Position numbers and translations under genes: made by a program
Source: Planctomycetota bacterium
Lineage (GTDB): Bacteria; Planctomycetota; B15-G4
DNA length: 64,000 bases
Assembly (NCBI GenBank): GCA_965248575.1
Contig: CBDFJQ010000002.1
Location: forward strand, 384,001 to 448,000
Reading direction: 5' to 3'
Notes under the pieces: generated by a model
Database searches by the model: none
Told to the model about the DNA's origin: nothing
Seen by the model: the letters and a program-made list of their open reading frames with translations, nothing else
Part shown: positions 8,664-17,378 of the stretch, piece by piece
How positions within the stretch are numbered: the first letter of the stretch is position 1
Layout of the letters: every line of letters starts with the position of its first letter

Positions 8664-10051
8664 AGGCGAACTGGAACTGTGAACAGGTCGAGCAGGAGCT
8701 TCCCTCCTACGTCGATGGGCTGCTTCCGGCCACGGAGTTGGCTGCGCTGGAAGCCCACGTCCAGGCCTGTGCGCGCTGCGAAGAGAGCTTGGCGAGTTGG
8801 CAGCGAGCCCTTGGCAGTTTGCGGGCGGGCGGGCCTCGGCGCGCCACCCAGGCGGAAGTCGCGGGCGTCATGGCTGCTTTGGATGACCTTCAGGCCCCGG
8901 CCGTCGTGCCTTCGCCCGTTCAACACGTGGTGCAGCAGGCGGCACAGCAGGCGGTCCCGGGCCTCGCCCAGGAACGGCGTGATTACCGCCGGGCTCTGCA
9001 TGCGGCGGGCTGGGCACACGGGCCCTCGAGGCGGCGTCGCGTGCTTGCCGGGTTCGGCTTCGCCGTGCTGGGTGCAGCGGCCGCGCTCTGGTTGATGATG
9101 TTGCTTGGCGAACAGAGGCGCGGGGAGAGCGCCGGGCCAGTCGCAGAGATGGTGCTCGCGGAACAAGCTGTGAGCCAACCTCAAGGCCCGGCCGAGGCAC
9201 AAGCTGGCGGGCGAGAGGATTCAATGCGGGATGTGGAGCCGCTAGGCCCCCAGCTGGTCCTGGATCTGCAGCCGATCACGGATCTCGCCACGTCCTTGTG
9301 GGGCGGGCTGCGAGAGTTGTCATCCGAGGGGCTTGAGCAATGGGCGCAGGCCCAACGATCGACGGAACAACAGAAACTTCGGCGGGAGCAAGAGGCTCGT
9401 TGGGCACAGGAGCAATGGGTCGCTGTCCTGCGGGACCGGCATCAGCTCCATGAGGACGGCTTGGCAAGGGAGCTGGCCGCGGACGATCAGCGGCCCGTCA
9501 AACCCACCCAGGGCGTCCTCGCCGGAGGGGGCGAGGGGACGAAGCTGGCCGCGGCACACGAGCTGGCCGCCGGCGGCAGCTCCCTGAGCTTGGAGTCGCC
9601 CGAGTCGACCGGGTTCTTGAGCCTTCTCGGGCCCCCGCATCCGGTGCGACCTCGACTGCGAGCGGGTGTCGCTGAGTTGGATCGCAGCGGCACGCAGGTC
9701 ACGCTGCACATGGCGGGCGATCTCCGTCAGGCGGTCCCGACCCTGTTGGGCCTACTGACCCATGAGGACCAGCAGCTGGTAGCCGTCGCCGTGGCTCGGC
9801 TCGAGGTCTTGCGATTGCAGGTGGACGCCGTGCCGGGGCTGGAGCAGGCCGTCGAGGCTGCGATGGCGGCCGCATCGAGCGCGTCAGCCGAGCCGCAAGC
9901 GCCTGAACGTGGGTGGTGGTCGTCCCTCTTCGGCCCGGAGCGGTCCGTGGATGACCTTCCTGCCATCGGCTCAGAGGCCGAGGAATGGGACCTCTGGTGG
10001 ACGGTCGCAGAGCCCTTGTTGCCGGCGGACCACATGCAAGGTGCCGCGTGA
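8660..10051 (+). CDS. Zinc-finger (ZAS/zf-HC2) transmembrane anti-sigma factor
   Basis: ATGA overlap with the sigma gene, C...HVQACARC motif, one TM helix, large extracytoplasmic C-terminus. Confidence 0.85.
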   Translation: MKANWNCEQVEQELPSYVDGLLPATELAALEAHVQACARCEESLASWQRALGSLRAGGPRRATQAEVAGVMAALDDLQAPAVVPSPVQHVVQQAAQQAVPGLAQERRDYRRALHAAGWAHGPSRRRRVLAGFGFAVLGAAAALWLMMLLGEQRRGESAGPVAEMVLAEQAVSQPQGPAEAQAGGREDSMRDVEPLGPQLVLDLQPITDLATSLWGGLRELSSEGLEQWAQAQRSTEQQKLRREQEARWAQEQWVAVLRDRHQLHEDGLARELAADDQRPVKPTQGVLAGGGEGTKLAAAHELAAGGSSLSLESPESTGFLSLLGPPHPVRPRLRAGVAELDRSGTQVTLHMAGDLRQAVPTLLGLLTHEDQQLVAVAVARLEVLRLQVDAVPGLEQAVEAAMAAASSASAEPQAPERGWWSSLFGPERSVDDLPAIGSEAEEWDLWWTVAEPLLPADHMQGAA

Positions 10052-10079
10052 GTGAACGCTGCAAAACGTCTGTTTTTCC

Positions 10080-10110
10080 GGGAACCTGGCGGCTGTCTGT
10101 GCCGTCTCCC
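10080..10110 (+). promoter_or_regulatory. Second ECF sigma promoter
   Basis: GGGAACC-N16-CGTCTCCC about 60 nt upstream of the PDZ gene ATG. Confidence 0.7.
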
Positions 10111-10172
10111 CCGCAGTTGACCCTTCGTGATTGCCCTTGTCTGCGATCGTCGTGCTTGAGTTGGAGAACACC

Positions 10173-11390
10173 ATGACCGTGTCCACCCACCGACTGTTGA
10201 CCGTGTGCGTGCTGTTGCTGTGCGGCGCGCTCTTGCCGAGCTGCTCCATCCATTGGAATGACAGCCGTTACCGGGCCAAGGTCCCGTCGGTGTTGAAGCG
10301 CGTCGAGCTCGAACCCGAGGGCAGCGAGCGGCGCGAATACGAGCTGACGGTGAAGACCTTCGGGGAGGCGCGCGTCCGTGAAACCGTGACGGACTCTCGC
10401 GAGGTGGCCTTCCTCGGGATCACCACGCACAAGCTGAACGGCGAGCTGGCAGCGGAATTGGGTGTGCCGGCCTGGAACGGGGTGCTCATCGATCGGGTGG
10501 TTGATGGTTCCGCGGCCAGCGATGCTGGGCTGCTCAAGGGCGACATCCTGCTCTCGCTGGATTCCCAGGAGGTCACCACTTCCGAACAGGTGACGGAGCT
10601 GATCCAGGACGGCATGAAGCCAGGGCAGGAGATTGGCGTGCGAGTGCAGCGCTGGGCTGAGCCCGATCCTGACGGCGATGTCCGCCTCATCCAGAGGGAG
10701 TTCAACCTGACGGTTGGGAGCCGGGCCATCGAGTCGTCGTCGACCCGGGTCCACAAGCTGCCGAGCTCCGCCTCGGTCCTGCGACACACGGGCATGAACA
10801 TCAGTGAGCTTCCGCAGGAATTGGCGAGCGTCCTGTTCCAGGTGGATCGAGAGGTCGTGCTCGTCTCAAGGGTCGTACCCGGATCGCCTGCGTACCTCGC
10901 GGGTTTTCGGGCAGGAGATCGCATCACCTCCGTGGACGTGGTCGACGTGGAGTCCTTGGATCAGGTGCGTGCCGCCGTGCTCCAGTGCGCGATCAGCAGG
11001 GGCTTCTCCGTCAACCAGGAGGCCTTGCTGGGCACGAACCACCCGATTTCATCTGCTTCCGGCAACAAGCAGCTGGTGCTCTCCGTCGAGGGCCCCTTGG
11101 GGCCGTGGACAGAGAGCGTGGTTCCCGTGCAGGACATTGAAGACGACTCGGAGTTCTACTTCCCGATCCTGTTCTCGTACGACTCCGAGACCAAGTCCAC
11201 CGACTGGTCGTTCCTGCACTTCATCTTTCAGCTGGGTGCCACCTACGACAGTCACTTCGTGCACAGTGCCACGCGGCGCTCGGAGTCGGTGACCGACCTC
11301 TCACTGCTGCCTTTGGGGTTGATCGAGTACAGCCGGTCGCCCGTGCGGACGCGCTGGACCCTGCTCTGGTTCATCTCGTTCTCGATCTAG
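10173..11390 (+). CDS. PDZ-domain lipoprotein with aromatic beta-strand-rich C-terminus
   Basis: GGAG RBS, lipobox LLPSC, two PDZ signatures (VVDGSAASDAGLLKGDIL; VVPGSPAYLAGFRAGDRI), no protease domain. Confidence 0.8.
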   Translation: MTVSTHRLLTVCVLLLCGALLPSCSIHWNDSRYRAKVPSVLKRVELEPEGSERREYELTVKTFGEARVRETVTDSREVAFLGITTHKLNGELAAELGVPAWNGVLIDRVVDGSAASDAGLLKGDILLSLDSQEVTTSEQVTELIQDGMKPGQEIGVRVQRWAEPDPDGDVRLIQREFNLTVGSRAIESSSTRVHKLPSSASVLRHTGMNISELPQELASVLFQVDREVVLVSRVVPGSPAYLAGFRAGDRITSVDVVDVESLDQVRAAVLQCAISRGFSVNQEALLGTNHPISSASGNKQLVLSVEGPLGPWTESVVPVQDIEDDSEFYFPILFSYDSETKSTDWSFLHFIFQLGATYDSHFVHSATRRSESVTDLSLLPLGLIEYSRSPVRTRWTLLWFISFSI

Positions 11391-11545
11391 TGGTGCGCTG
11401 GCGTCCCTCCGCGCGAGGTCGCTTCGCGACCGGGTCGGAGTTCGTATGATGGGACCTCCACGAATTGGTATCAGGGTGGCTCGCTCGATGGCGACGTGCC
11501 CCCGGCGTGGCTGGCTACTTCCCACTGACGACGATAGGAGGCTGC

Positions 11546-13231
11546 GTGTCCGCCTCTCCAACAGTGTCCCGCAAGCGGGCCTCATCGATATGGCTTGCAT
11601 GCCTCGCGGCGTCCTGGCTCACGCTGGCTGGTCCCCCTGCCGCACGCGCGCAAGAGTACGTCTACGCCCTGAATGAAACGGGCAAGCTCACGGTGAACGG
11701 AGTCGTCGTCGATTCCCTTCCCAGCAGCTTTGACGAGGATGAACCGCCGGGCAAGGTCGACCTCGATCAGCGTTGGTGGAACCTGTTCGTGACGGGCAGC
11801 GAGTTCTACTCCATCCGGGCCGATGGTCGGGTCAGCAAGTCGGGGGCAAAGCTCTTCACCCTGGCTTTCGAGAACGTGAACAAGCACAGCTGGGTGGATG
11901 TCGTCGTGCCGGGGGATGGCGCCGTCTGGGCCTTGCGCTCAGACGGGCGCATCAGCCGGGATGCCTCCTCGGCGCAAAACTTCACCCAGGGGTCGTTCGA
12001 GTTCATGGACCTCAGCACGGACGGCACCGACGTCTACTCTCTGCGTTCGGACGGGGCCATCTACCGCAACAACCTCAATACAAAGCTCTTCGCCTTCAAG
12101 GCGGGCAACCACATGGGCGAGGGGGAGGGCGATGACCCCGCCACCGTGTGGGACAGCCTGGAATGGAATGCGACGGACGGCATGCTCTACGGACTGCGCC
12201 GCGACGGAAGCGTGGTGCGCGGCGACCCGGCCAACCCCGACGACCTTGTTGGTGATGGTGATGAGGCCAGCGTGGGTGGTCCGCCGCAAGGGGAGCTGGT
12301 CGCCAAGTTGCCGTTCGGCGACGTGGCCACTACCTCCAGTTCCTACATCGCCCTGAGCATCGACTCGCTCGGGCGCTGGTGGACGGTGCGGGGCAGCGGC
12401 CGCGTGTACAACTCGGATGACGTCTTCGACGAATTGATCAACCTGCCGGGCGACCCGGACGACGACAACGACCAGGTGCTGCGGGACATCGTCGGCACCA
12501 GCACCGGCTTCCTGGCCCTACGTCGCGACGGTCGCCTCTACGACGCTACGGGTACGGCGCTGATCAACCTGCCCAAGAACCGCTATCGCGCGCTCTGGCG
12601 GAGCATGACGCCACCCAACCTCAGTGGGCTCAAGAACATCCGCCCCAAGCTGGCCCGCTATGCCGTCAAGGCCGTGACGGGCGACGACCTCAGCATCCCG
12701 GTCCTGGTCACGGATGCAGACAAGGCTGCCAGCGATCTGCTGGTGAGTGTGGACGACGCCAGCATGCCTCCCGGTTCCACATGGGACGACGTCTTGCGCG
12801 TGCTCGACTGGCCGAATGCCGGGCCGGCGGGCAACTACAAGCTGAAGGTCATGGTGGATGACGGGGTCGGCAAGCCGGTCAAGAAGACCTTCAAGATCAA
12901 CGTCAAGGACCCGGACGAGAATGAGGCCAAGAACCGCCCGCCGCAGCCCAGCAAGGTGAAGGGGGCCGTGATGCAAGCGGGGCTGCCCTTCGTGCTGCCC
13001 CTGATCGTGCGCGACCTCGATGGCGACCCCGTCTCCATCACGGTGGACATGTCCAGTAGCCCGTTCACCCTGGGCGCGGAGTTCGACGAGAAGACGGCGG
13101 AGTTCCGATGGGACGACCCGCCGCTTGCGGAGGTGGGCAAGCACGTCGTCGTGTTCACCCTGAGCGATGGGACCGTCACCAAGACCTTCAAGGTGAAGTT
13201 GAAGCTCGAGAGCAGCTTACTGGCGTTCTGA
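11546..13231 (+). CDS. Secreted 7-repeat beta-propeller protein with two C-terminal Ig/cadherin-like domains (paralog B)
   Basis: AGGAGG RBS, GTG start, signal peptide ending ARA-Q. Colinear similarity to 6069..7757 (YALNExG, LRSDG, LDWPNxGPxGxY, VDDGVxKPV). Confidence 0.75.
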   Translation: MSASPTVSRKRASSIWLACLAASWLTLAGPPAARAQEYVYALNETGKLTVNGVVVDSLPSSFDEDEPPGKVDLDQRWWNLFVTGSEFYSIRADGRVSKSGAKLFTLAFENVNKHSWVDVVVPGDGAVWALRSDGRISRDASSAQNFTQGSFEFMDLSTDGTDVYSLRSDGAIYRNNLNTKLFAFKAGNHMGEGEGDDPATVWDSLEWNATDGMLYGLRRDGSVVRGDPANPDDLVGDGDEASVGGPPQGELVAKLPFGDVATTSSSYIALSIDSLGRWWTVRGSGRVYNSDDVFDELINLPGDPDDDNDQVLRDIVGTSTGFLALRRDGRLYDATGTALINLPKNRYRALWRSMTPPNLSGLKNIRPKLARYAVKAVTGDDLSIPVLVTDADKAASDLLVSVDDASMPPGSTWDDVLRVLDWPNAGPAGNYKLKVMVDDGVGKPVKKTFKINVKDPDENEAKNRPPQPSKVKGAVMQAGLPFVLPLIVRDLDGDPVSITVDMSSSPFTLGAEFDEKTAEFRWDDPPLAEVGKHVVVFTLSDGTVTKTFKVKLKLESSLLAF

Positions 13232-13272
13232 GCGCTGCGGAGGCCGCTCGCAGAGCGGGAGGCGGCCTGCCT

Positions 13273-13285
13273 GGGGCGAAGCCCC
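13273..13285. terminator. Short GC hairpin between convergent transcripts
   Basis: GGGGC-GAA-GCCCC between the paralog B stop and the tRNA 3' end. No U-tract. Confidence 0.3.
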
Positions 13286-13307
13286 TGGCTGACGTCCATC
13301 CAAGTGA

Positions 13308-13383
13308 TGGTGGATCGCAGGGGATTTGAACCCCTGACCTCCTGATTGCGAACCAGGCGCTCTACCAACTGAGCTAGCGACCC
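13308..13383 (-). tRNA. tRNA-Ala(CGC)
   Basis: GGGTCGCTAGCTCAGTTGGTAGAGCG-CCTGG-TT-CGC-AA-TCAGG-AGGTCAGGGGTTCAAATCCCCTGCGATCCA-CCA. 76 nt, G3:U70 Ala identity pair, encoded CCA. Confidence 0.97.
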
Positions 13384-13415
13384 ATGAACTGCGCACCGCG
13401 CGGGTGAAGCGGGGG

Positions 13416-13445
13416 AGTGTAGGGGCCCGCCCCCGGCCCGGTCAA
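13416..13445 (-). promoter_or_regulatory. sigma70 promoter of tRNA-Ala
   Basis: TTGACC-N18-TACACT followed by a C-rich discriminator, about 30 nt upstream of the tRNA. Confidence 0.6.
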
Positions 13446-13541
13446 CGACCGGACAGGAGTGGGTTTGGAGCAGCCGTTGCGGGAGGGGCGGGGAGCTTGA
13501 TGCCGGGCGCCGGAGTCACGGAATCAACTCGCGGACGCGAG

Positions 13542-16500
13542 CTAAGCGTTTGTGGCACCCGGCTCGCCGCGGATCCTCTCGATCAGGCCTTCGATCAGCG
13601 TGTAGGTGCAGGGAATGACGACGAGCGTGAGCAAGGTCGCGCAGCTCAGGCCGGCCACGACCGTGATGGCCATGGGGGCGCGCAGCTCGGCACCCTCACC
13701 GGCGGTGATAGGCAGCAGCCCCGTGAGCGGCAGGAGTCCCAAGACCGTCGTCATGGTGGTCATGAGGATGGGGCGCAGCCGCATGTAGCAGGCCTGTTGC
13801 ACCGCCTCGATCAAAGGCAGGCCGTCGAGGCGTCGCCGGCGATTGATGGCATCGATCAGCACGATGGCGTTGTTGACGACGATGCCGGCCAGGATGATGG
13901 CACCGATGAAGACCACCACGGACAGCGGGATGTCCATGATTGCGAGGGCGCCGACGGCGCCCACCATCGCGAGCGGCACCGTCACCAGGATGATCAGGGG
14001 CTGCAGCAGGGATTCGAAGATGGAAGCCATCACGACGTAGACCAGGAACACCGCCAGCAACAGTGCTTGGGTCATCTGGCCCAGGGCACCGGCCATCTCA
14101 CGGCTCTGCCCACCCTGGTCGATGATGACGCTGCTCTCCTGCTCGATCTGCGCGATGCGGCGCTCGATCTCCTGGCCCGCGCTCCCGACGTCGAAGCCCG
14201 CGAGCGATGCGCTGACGATGGCCGCCCGCTGTCCCCACAGCCGTCGGATCTCTCGCGGGCCCTCGCGCACCCGGCTGGTGCTCAGGGACGACAGGGGTTC
14301 GGACGCATCGCTCGTGGGATTCACGGGCAAGCCGAGCAGGTCGTCGAGGGAGGTGAGCTCCTGCTTGGGCACCTGGACCAGCACGTCCAGCTTGTGTTCC
14401 TTGTCGCTGAAGCGTGTCGCCACGCGCCCCTTGACCATGTCGGACACGGTGTCGGCCAGCATGCGTGTGTCGAGGTCGTAGCGGGAGAGCAGGTCGCGGT
14501 CGAAGCTGAGCATGATCTCGGGGCTGCCGGGTTGCACGCTGCTGCGCACATCCCGCAGGCCTGGAATCCCACGCAGGGAGCTCTCGACCTGGCCGGCGAC
14601 CCGGGCCAGTTCCTTCAGGTCGTCGCCCTTGATCTCGATCACGATCGGGCTGCGAATCGAGAACAAGGTGGGGCGCTCGAAGCGCATGTCGCGCAGCTCG
14701 GGGATCTGACTGAGGGTCTCGCGCAAGGTCGCCATGACAGCTTCCTCGGTGGCCTCCATCTCCTCGGTCGGATGCAGGCCGATGGCGAGGCGCGCGGTGT
14801 GTTCGCCTTCGTCCGGTTGGCTGATCTCATCCCGGGGGACGCCCACGGTGCTGGAGACCCAGGCCACGCGCTCATCTTCGCGCAGCGCTTGCTCCGCGAA
14901 GCGGGCGACGGCATCCGTGGCCTCGAGCGGGGCGCCGACCGGCAGGGACAGGCGCCCGATGATTTCACCTTGGTGCACTTCGGGCAGCATTTCGCTGCCG
15001 AGGCTGCCGGCGGTCTCGACCATCCACCACATGAGGCCGAGCGAGGCGAGCAGCACGAGTCCCATGAGAGGGGTGCTGCGCACCACGCCGCCGATGAACT
15101 TCGGGTAGGCCTTCTCCATCAATCCGTAGACGAAGCGGAAGACCGTAGAGGGGATCCACATGACCACCAGGAAGGCGAGCAGGACGAGGGCGATGGCGAC
15201 TGCGAGCACTCCTGCGACCACGGTGAAGCCAGCCACAAGAAACCGGCCCACCAGGTCAAAGGCGATGTGAAGCAGCAGACCCCCGAACTGCACCAAACCG
15301 ATCAACGGCTCAACGAAGAGCACAATGCTCAGCAGGCGTTTGAACGTGGAGCGGCGTGCCCAGCGAACTCGGAACCCCTGCAGGGCGTTCGAGGCGGTGC
15401 TGAGGTAGGCCGGTGGGCGCGTCATCAACTGCCAACCGCCGCCCAGGGTGCTCAAGATGGAGAAGCCCTTGCCCTCCGTGGACGTGCCGCGCGACGCGAG
15501 CATCGGCACGAGGAACAGGGCCACGACCAGGGACACCATCAGGCTGGCTACGACCGTGAACGCCTGGTCGCGGAAGACCTGGCCCGCGATGCCTTCCACG
15601 AACACGATGGGGGCGAAGACCGCCACTGTTGTCAGGGTGGACGCCGTGGCCGCTCCCGCCACCTCGCGGGTGCCGTTGACGGCGGCCTCAACGCGGTTGT
15701 CTCCCAACTCCCGCCGCCGCGCGATGGATTCGAGGATCACGATGGCGTTGTCCACCACCATGCCGATGCCCAAGGCCAGCCCGCCCAACGACATGACGTT
15801 GAGGGAGGTGTTCGAGAGATGCAGTGGGGCGAAGGTGACGATCACGCTGACCGGAATGGCCACGGCGATGATCAAGGTCGTGCCGATCTTGCCCAGGAAC
15901 AGGAAGAGCACGATCACCGCCAGCGCGGCGCCGAAGAGCCCTGACTCACGCACCTCCGTCAGGGCCGCCTCGATGAAGCGGGACTGATCAGACAGCAAGT
16001 GCACGCGAACGTCCGAGGGGAGCTCCGCCGCGAGGTAGCGGTAGGCGCTGTTCTTCGCGATGAGCCCCTCTTCGATGGCGGTGAGTCGTTGCTTCGTGTC
16101 CTCATCGAGCGTCGCTTGGGCAAGGGCTGCGCTCTTCGCATCCTCGATCTCTTGCGCAGTGCTCTCAACGCCCTCGTCGGTGCTGGCGCCGCTGTCCGTC
16201 TCGGCGGGCTCGTCATCCGTCGGGGCCTCGGGCTGGGAGGAGTTGCCGGGGCTGCCGCCGCCGGACATGCCTCCCATGCGCTCCAGCATCTCTGCCCGGC
16301 GTTGTTTGCGGACCCGTTCGATGGAGGCGGCAAAGGCAGGGTCTGCGTCGGCCTCTGCATCCAGGGTCCGCTGCTGTTCTTCGGGGTCCTCGATGCGGCC
16401 GTCGCGCAGCTGGCCGATCCAGTCCCGCTGTGCCGCCGTGCCGAAGACGTTGGTGCGCACGCGCTGAGCCAACTCCACGATGTTGGCGTCGGCCTCCTTG

Positions 16501-17378
16501 AAGATCTGCAGCTCGACGCTTTCACTGCCGCCGATGCGCGTGATGACGTCTCGCTCCTTGGAGGCGCGGCGCACCTCGGCGATGTTGGAGAGGCGCACCA
16601 CGGAGTCACCATCCCGGAACAGGATGGTGCGCCCGATCTCTTCGGGGCTGCGGTACTCGTTCAGGATGCGTACGAGATACTCGGTCTCGCCTTCCAGGAC
16701 GGTACCGCTCGCCATGTTGACGTTTTCGGCGGCCAGTCGCGCGGACACATCGCTGGGGCGCAGGTTGTAGTTGGACAGGCGGTCGGGGCGCAGGCGCACC
16801 TGGATCTCGTCCTCGAGACCGCCACGCACGCGAACGGCAGCGACGCCTTCGACAGTCGAGACGGCCAGCGCGAGGCGGTCTTCTGCAAGTCGTCGCAACT
16901 CGACCAGGTCACTGCCGCCCGTGAGCCCCAGGACGAGGATCGGGTCCAGGGTCGGGTCGTAGCGCAGGATGATGGGCGTGCCCACGTCGAGCGGCAGATT
17001 GGCCCGGTCCAGTCGTTCGCGGATGTCCTGGATGGCGAAGGTGAGCTGGGTCCCCCAGGTGAACTCGAGCGTGACGTCCGCCAACCCTGCGCGGGAGATG
17101 CTCGAAATGCTCTCGAGGTTGCCAAGCACGCTCAGCGCTTCGTGCAGGCGCTCCGTGACCCGTTCCTCGACATCCTCGGGGGCGGCGCCCGGGTACTCCG
17201 CGCGCACCGTGACGCGCGGGTAGCTGATGTCCGGCAGCAGGTTGAGCGGCAGCTTCTGGAGCGAGACCCAGCCGAAAGTGACCAGGGTGACGAAGGCCAT
17301 GGTCACGGCCACGGGCCTCAAGGTGGTCAGGCGAAAGATGCCTCCTGCCTGGGACGTGCCGTCCGGGTCAGGCGTCAA
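13542..17378 (-). CDS. RND efflux permease (AcrB/AcrD/AcrF family) with large insertions
   Basis: RPVAVTM, YPGAAPEDVE, GMVVDNAIVILE, GIVVNNAIVLID and RLRPILMT motifs; 1278 aa. Confidence 0.93.
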   Translation of the reverse strand: MTPDPDGTSQAGGIFRLTTLRPVAVTMAFVTLVTFGWVSLQKLPLNLLPDISYPRVTVRAEYPGAAPEDVEERVTERLHEALSVLGNLESISSISRAGLADVTLEFTWGTQLTFAIQDIRERLDRANLPLDVGTPIILRYDPTLDPILVLGLTGGSDLVELRRLAEDRLALAVSTVEGVAAVRVRGGLEDEIQVRLRPDRLSNYNLRPSDVSARLAAENVNMASGTVLEGETEYLVRILNEYRSPEEIGRTILFRDGDSVVRLSNIAEVRRASKERDVITRIGGSESVELQIFKEADANIVELAQRVRTNVFGTAAQRDWIGQLRDGRIEDPEEQQRTLDAEADADPAFAASIERVRKQRRAEMLERMGGMSGGGSPGNSSQPEAPTDDEPAETDSGASTDEGVESTAQEIEDAKSAALAQATLDEDTKQRLTAIEEGLIAKNSAYRYLAAELPSDVRVHLLSDQSRFIEAALTEVRESGLFGAALAVIVLFLFLGKIGTTLIIAVAIPVSVIVTFAPLHLSNTSLNVMSLGGLALGIGMVVDNAIVILESIARRRELGDNRVEAAVNGTREVAGAATASTLTTVAVFAPIVFVEGIAGQVFRDQAFTVVASLMVSLVVALFLVPMLASRGTSTEGKGFSILSTLGGGWQLMTRPPAYLSTASNALQGFRVRWARRSTFKRLLSIVLFVEPLIGLVQFGGLLLHIAFDLVGRFLVAGFTVVAGVLAVAIALVLLAFLVVMWIPSTVFRFVYGLMEKAYPKFIGGVVRSTPLMGLVLLASLGLMWWMVETAGSLGSEMLPEVHQGEIIGRLSLPVGAPLEATDAVARFAEQALREDERVAWVSSTVGVPRDEISQPDEGEHTARLAIGLHPTEEMEATEEAVMATLRETLSQIPELRDMRFERPTLFSIRSPIVIEIKGDDLKELARVAGQVESSLRGIPGLRDVRSSVQPGSPEIMLSFDRDLLSRYDLDTRMLADTVSDMVKGRVATRFSDKEHKLDVLVQVPKQELTSLDDLLGLPVNPTSDASEPLSSLSTSRVREGPREIRRLWGQRAAIVSASLAGFDVGSAGQEIERRIAQIEQESSVIIDQGGQSREMAGALGQMTQALLLAVFLVYVVMASIFESLLQPLIILVTVPLAMVGAVGALAIMDIPLSVVVFIGAIILAGIVVNNAIVLIDAINRRRRLDGLPLIEAVQQACYMRLRPILMTTMTTVLGLLPLTGLLPITAGEGAELRAPMAITVVAGLSCATLLTLVVIPCTYTLIEGLIERIRGEPGATNA

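Noticed and set aside
13308..13383. tRNA as an integration site for an island
   Set aside because: No integrase, no duplicated tRNA 3' end and no obvious composition shift in the window.
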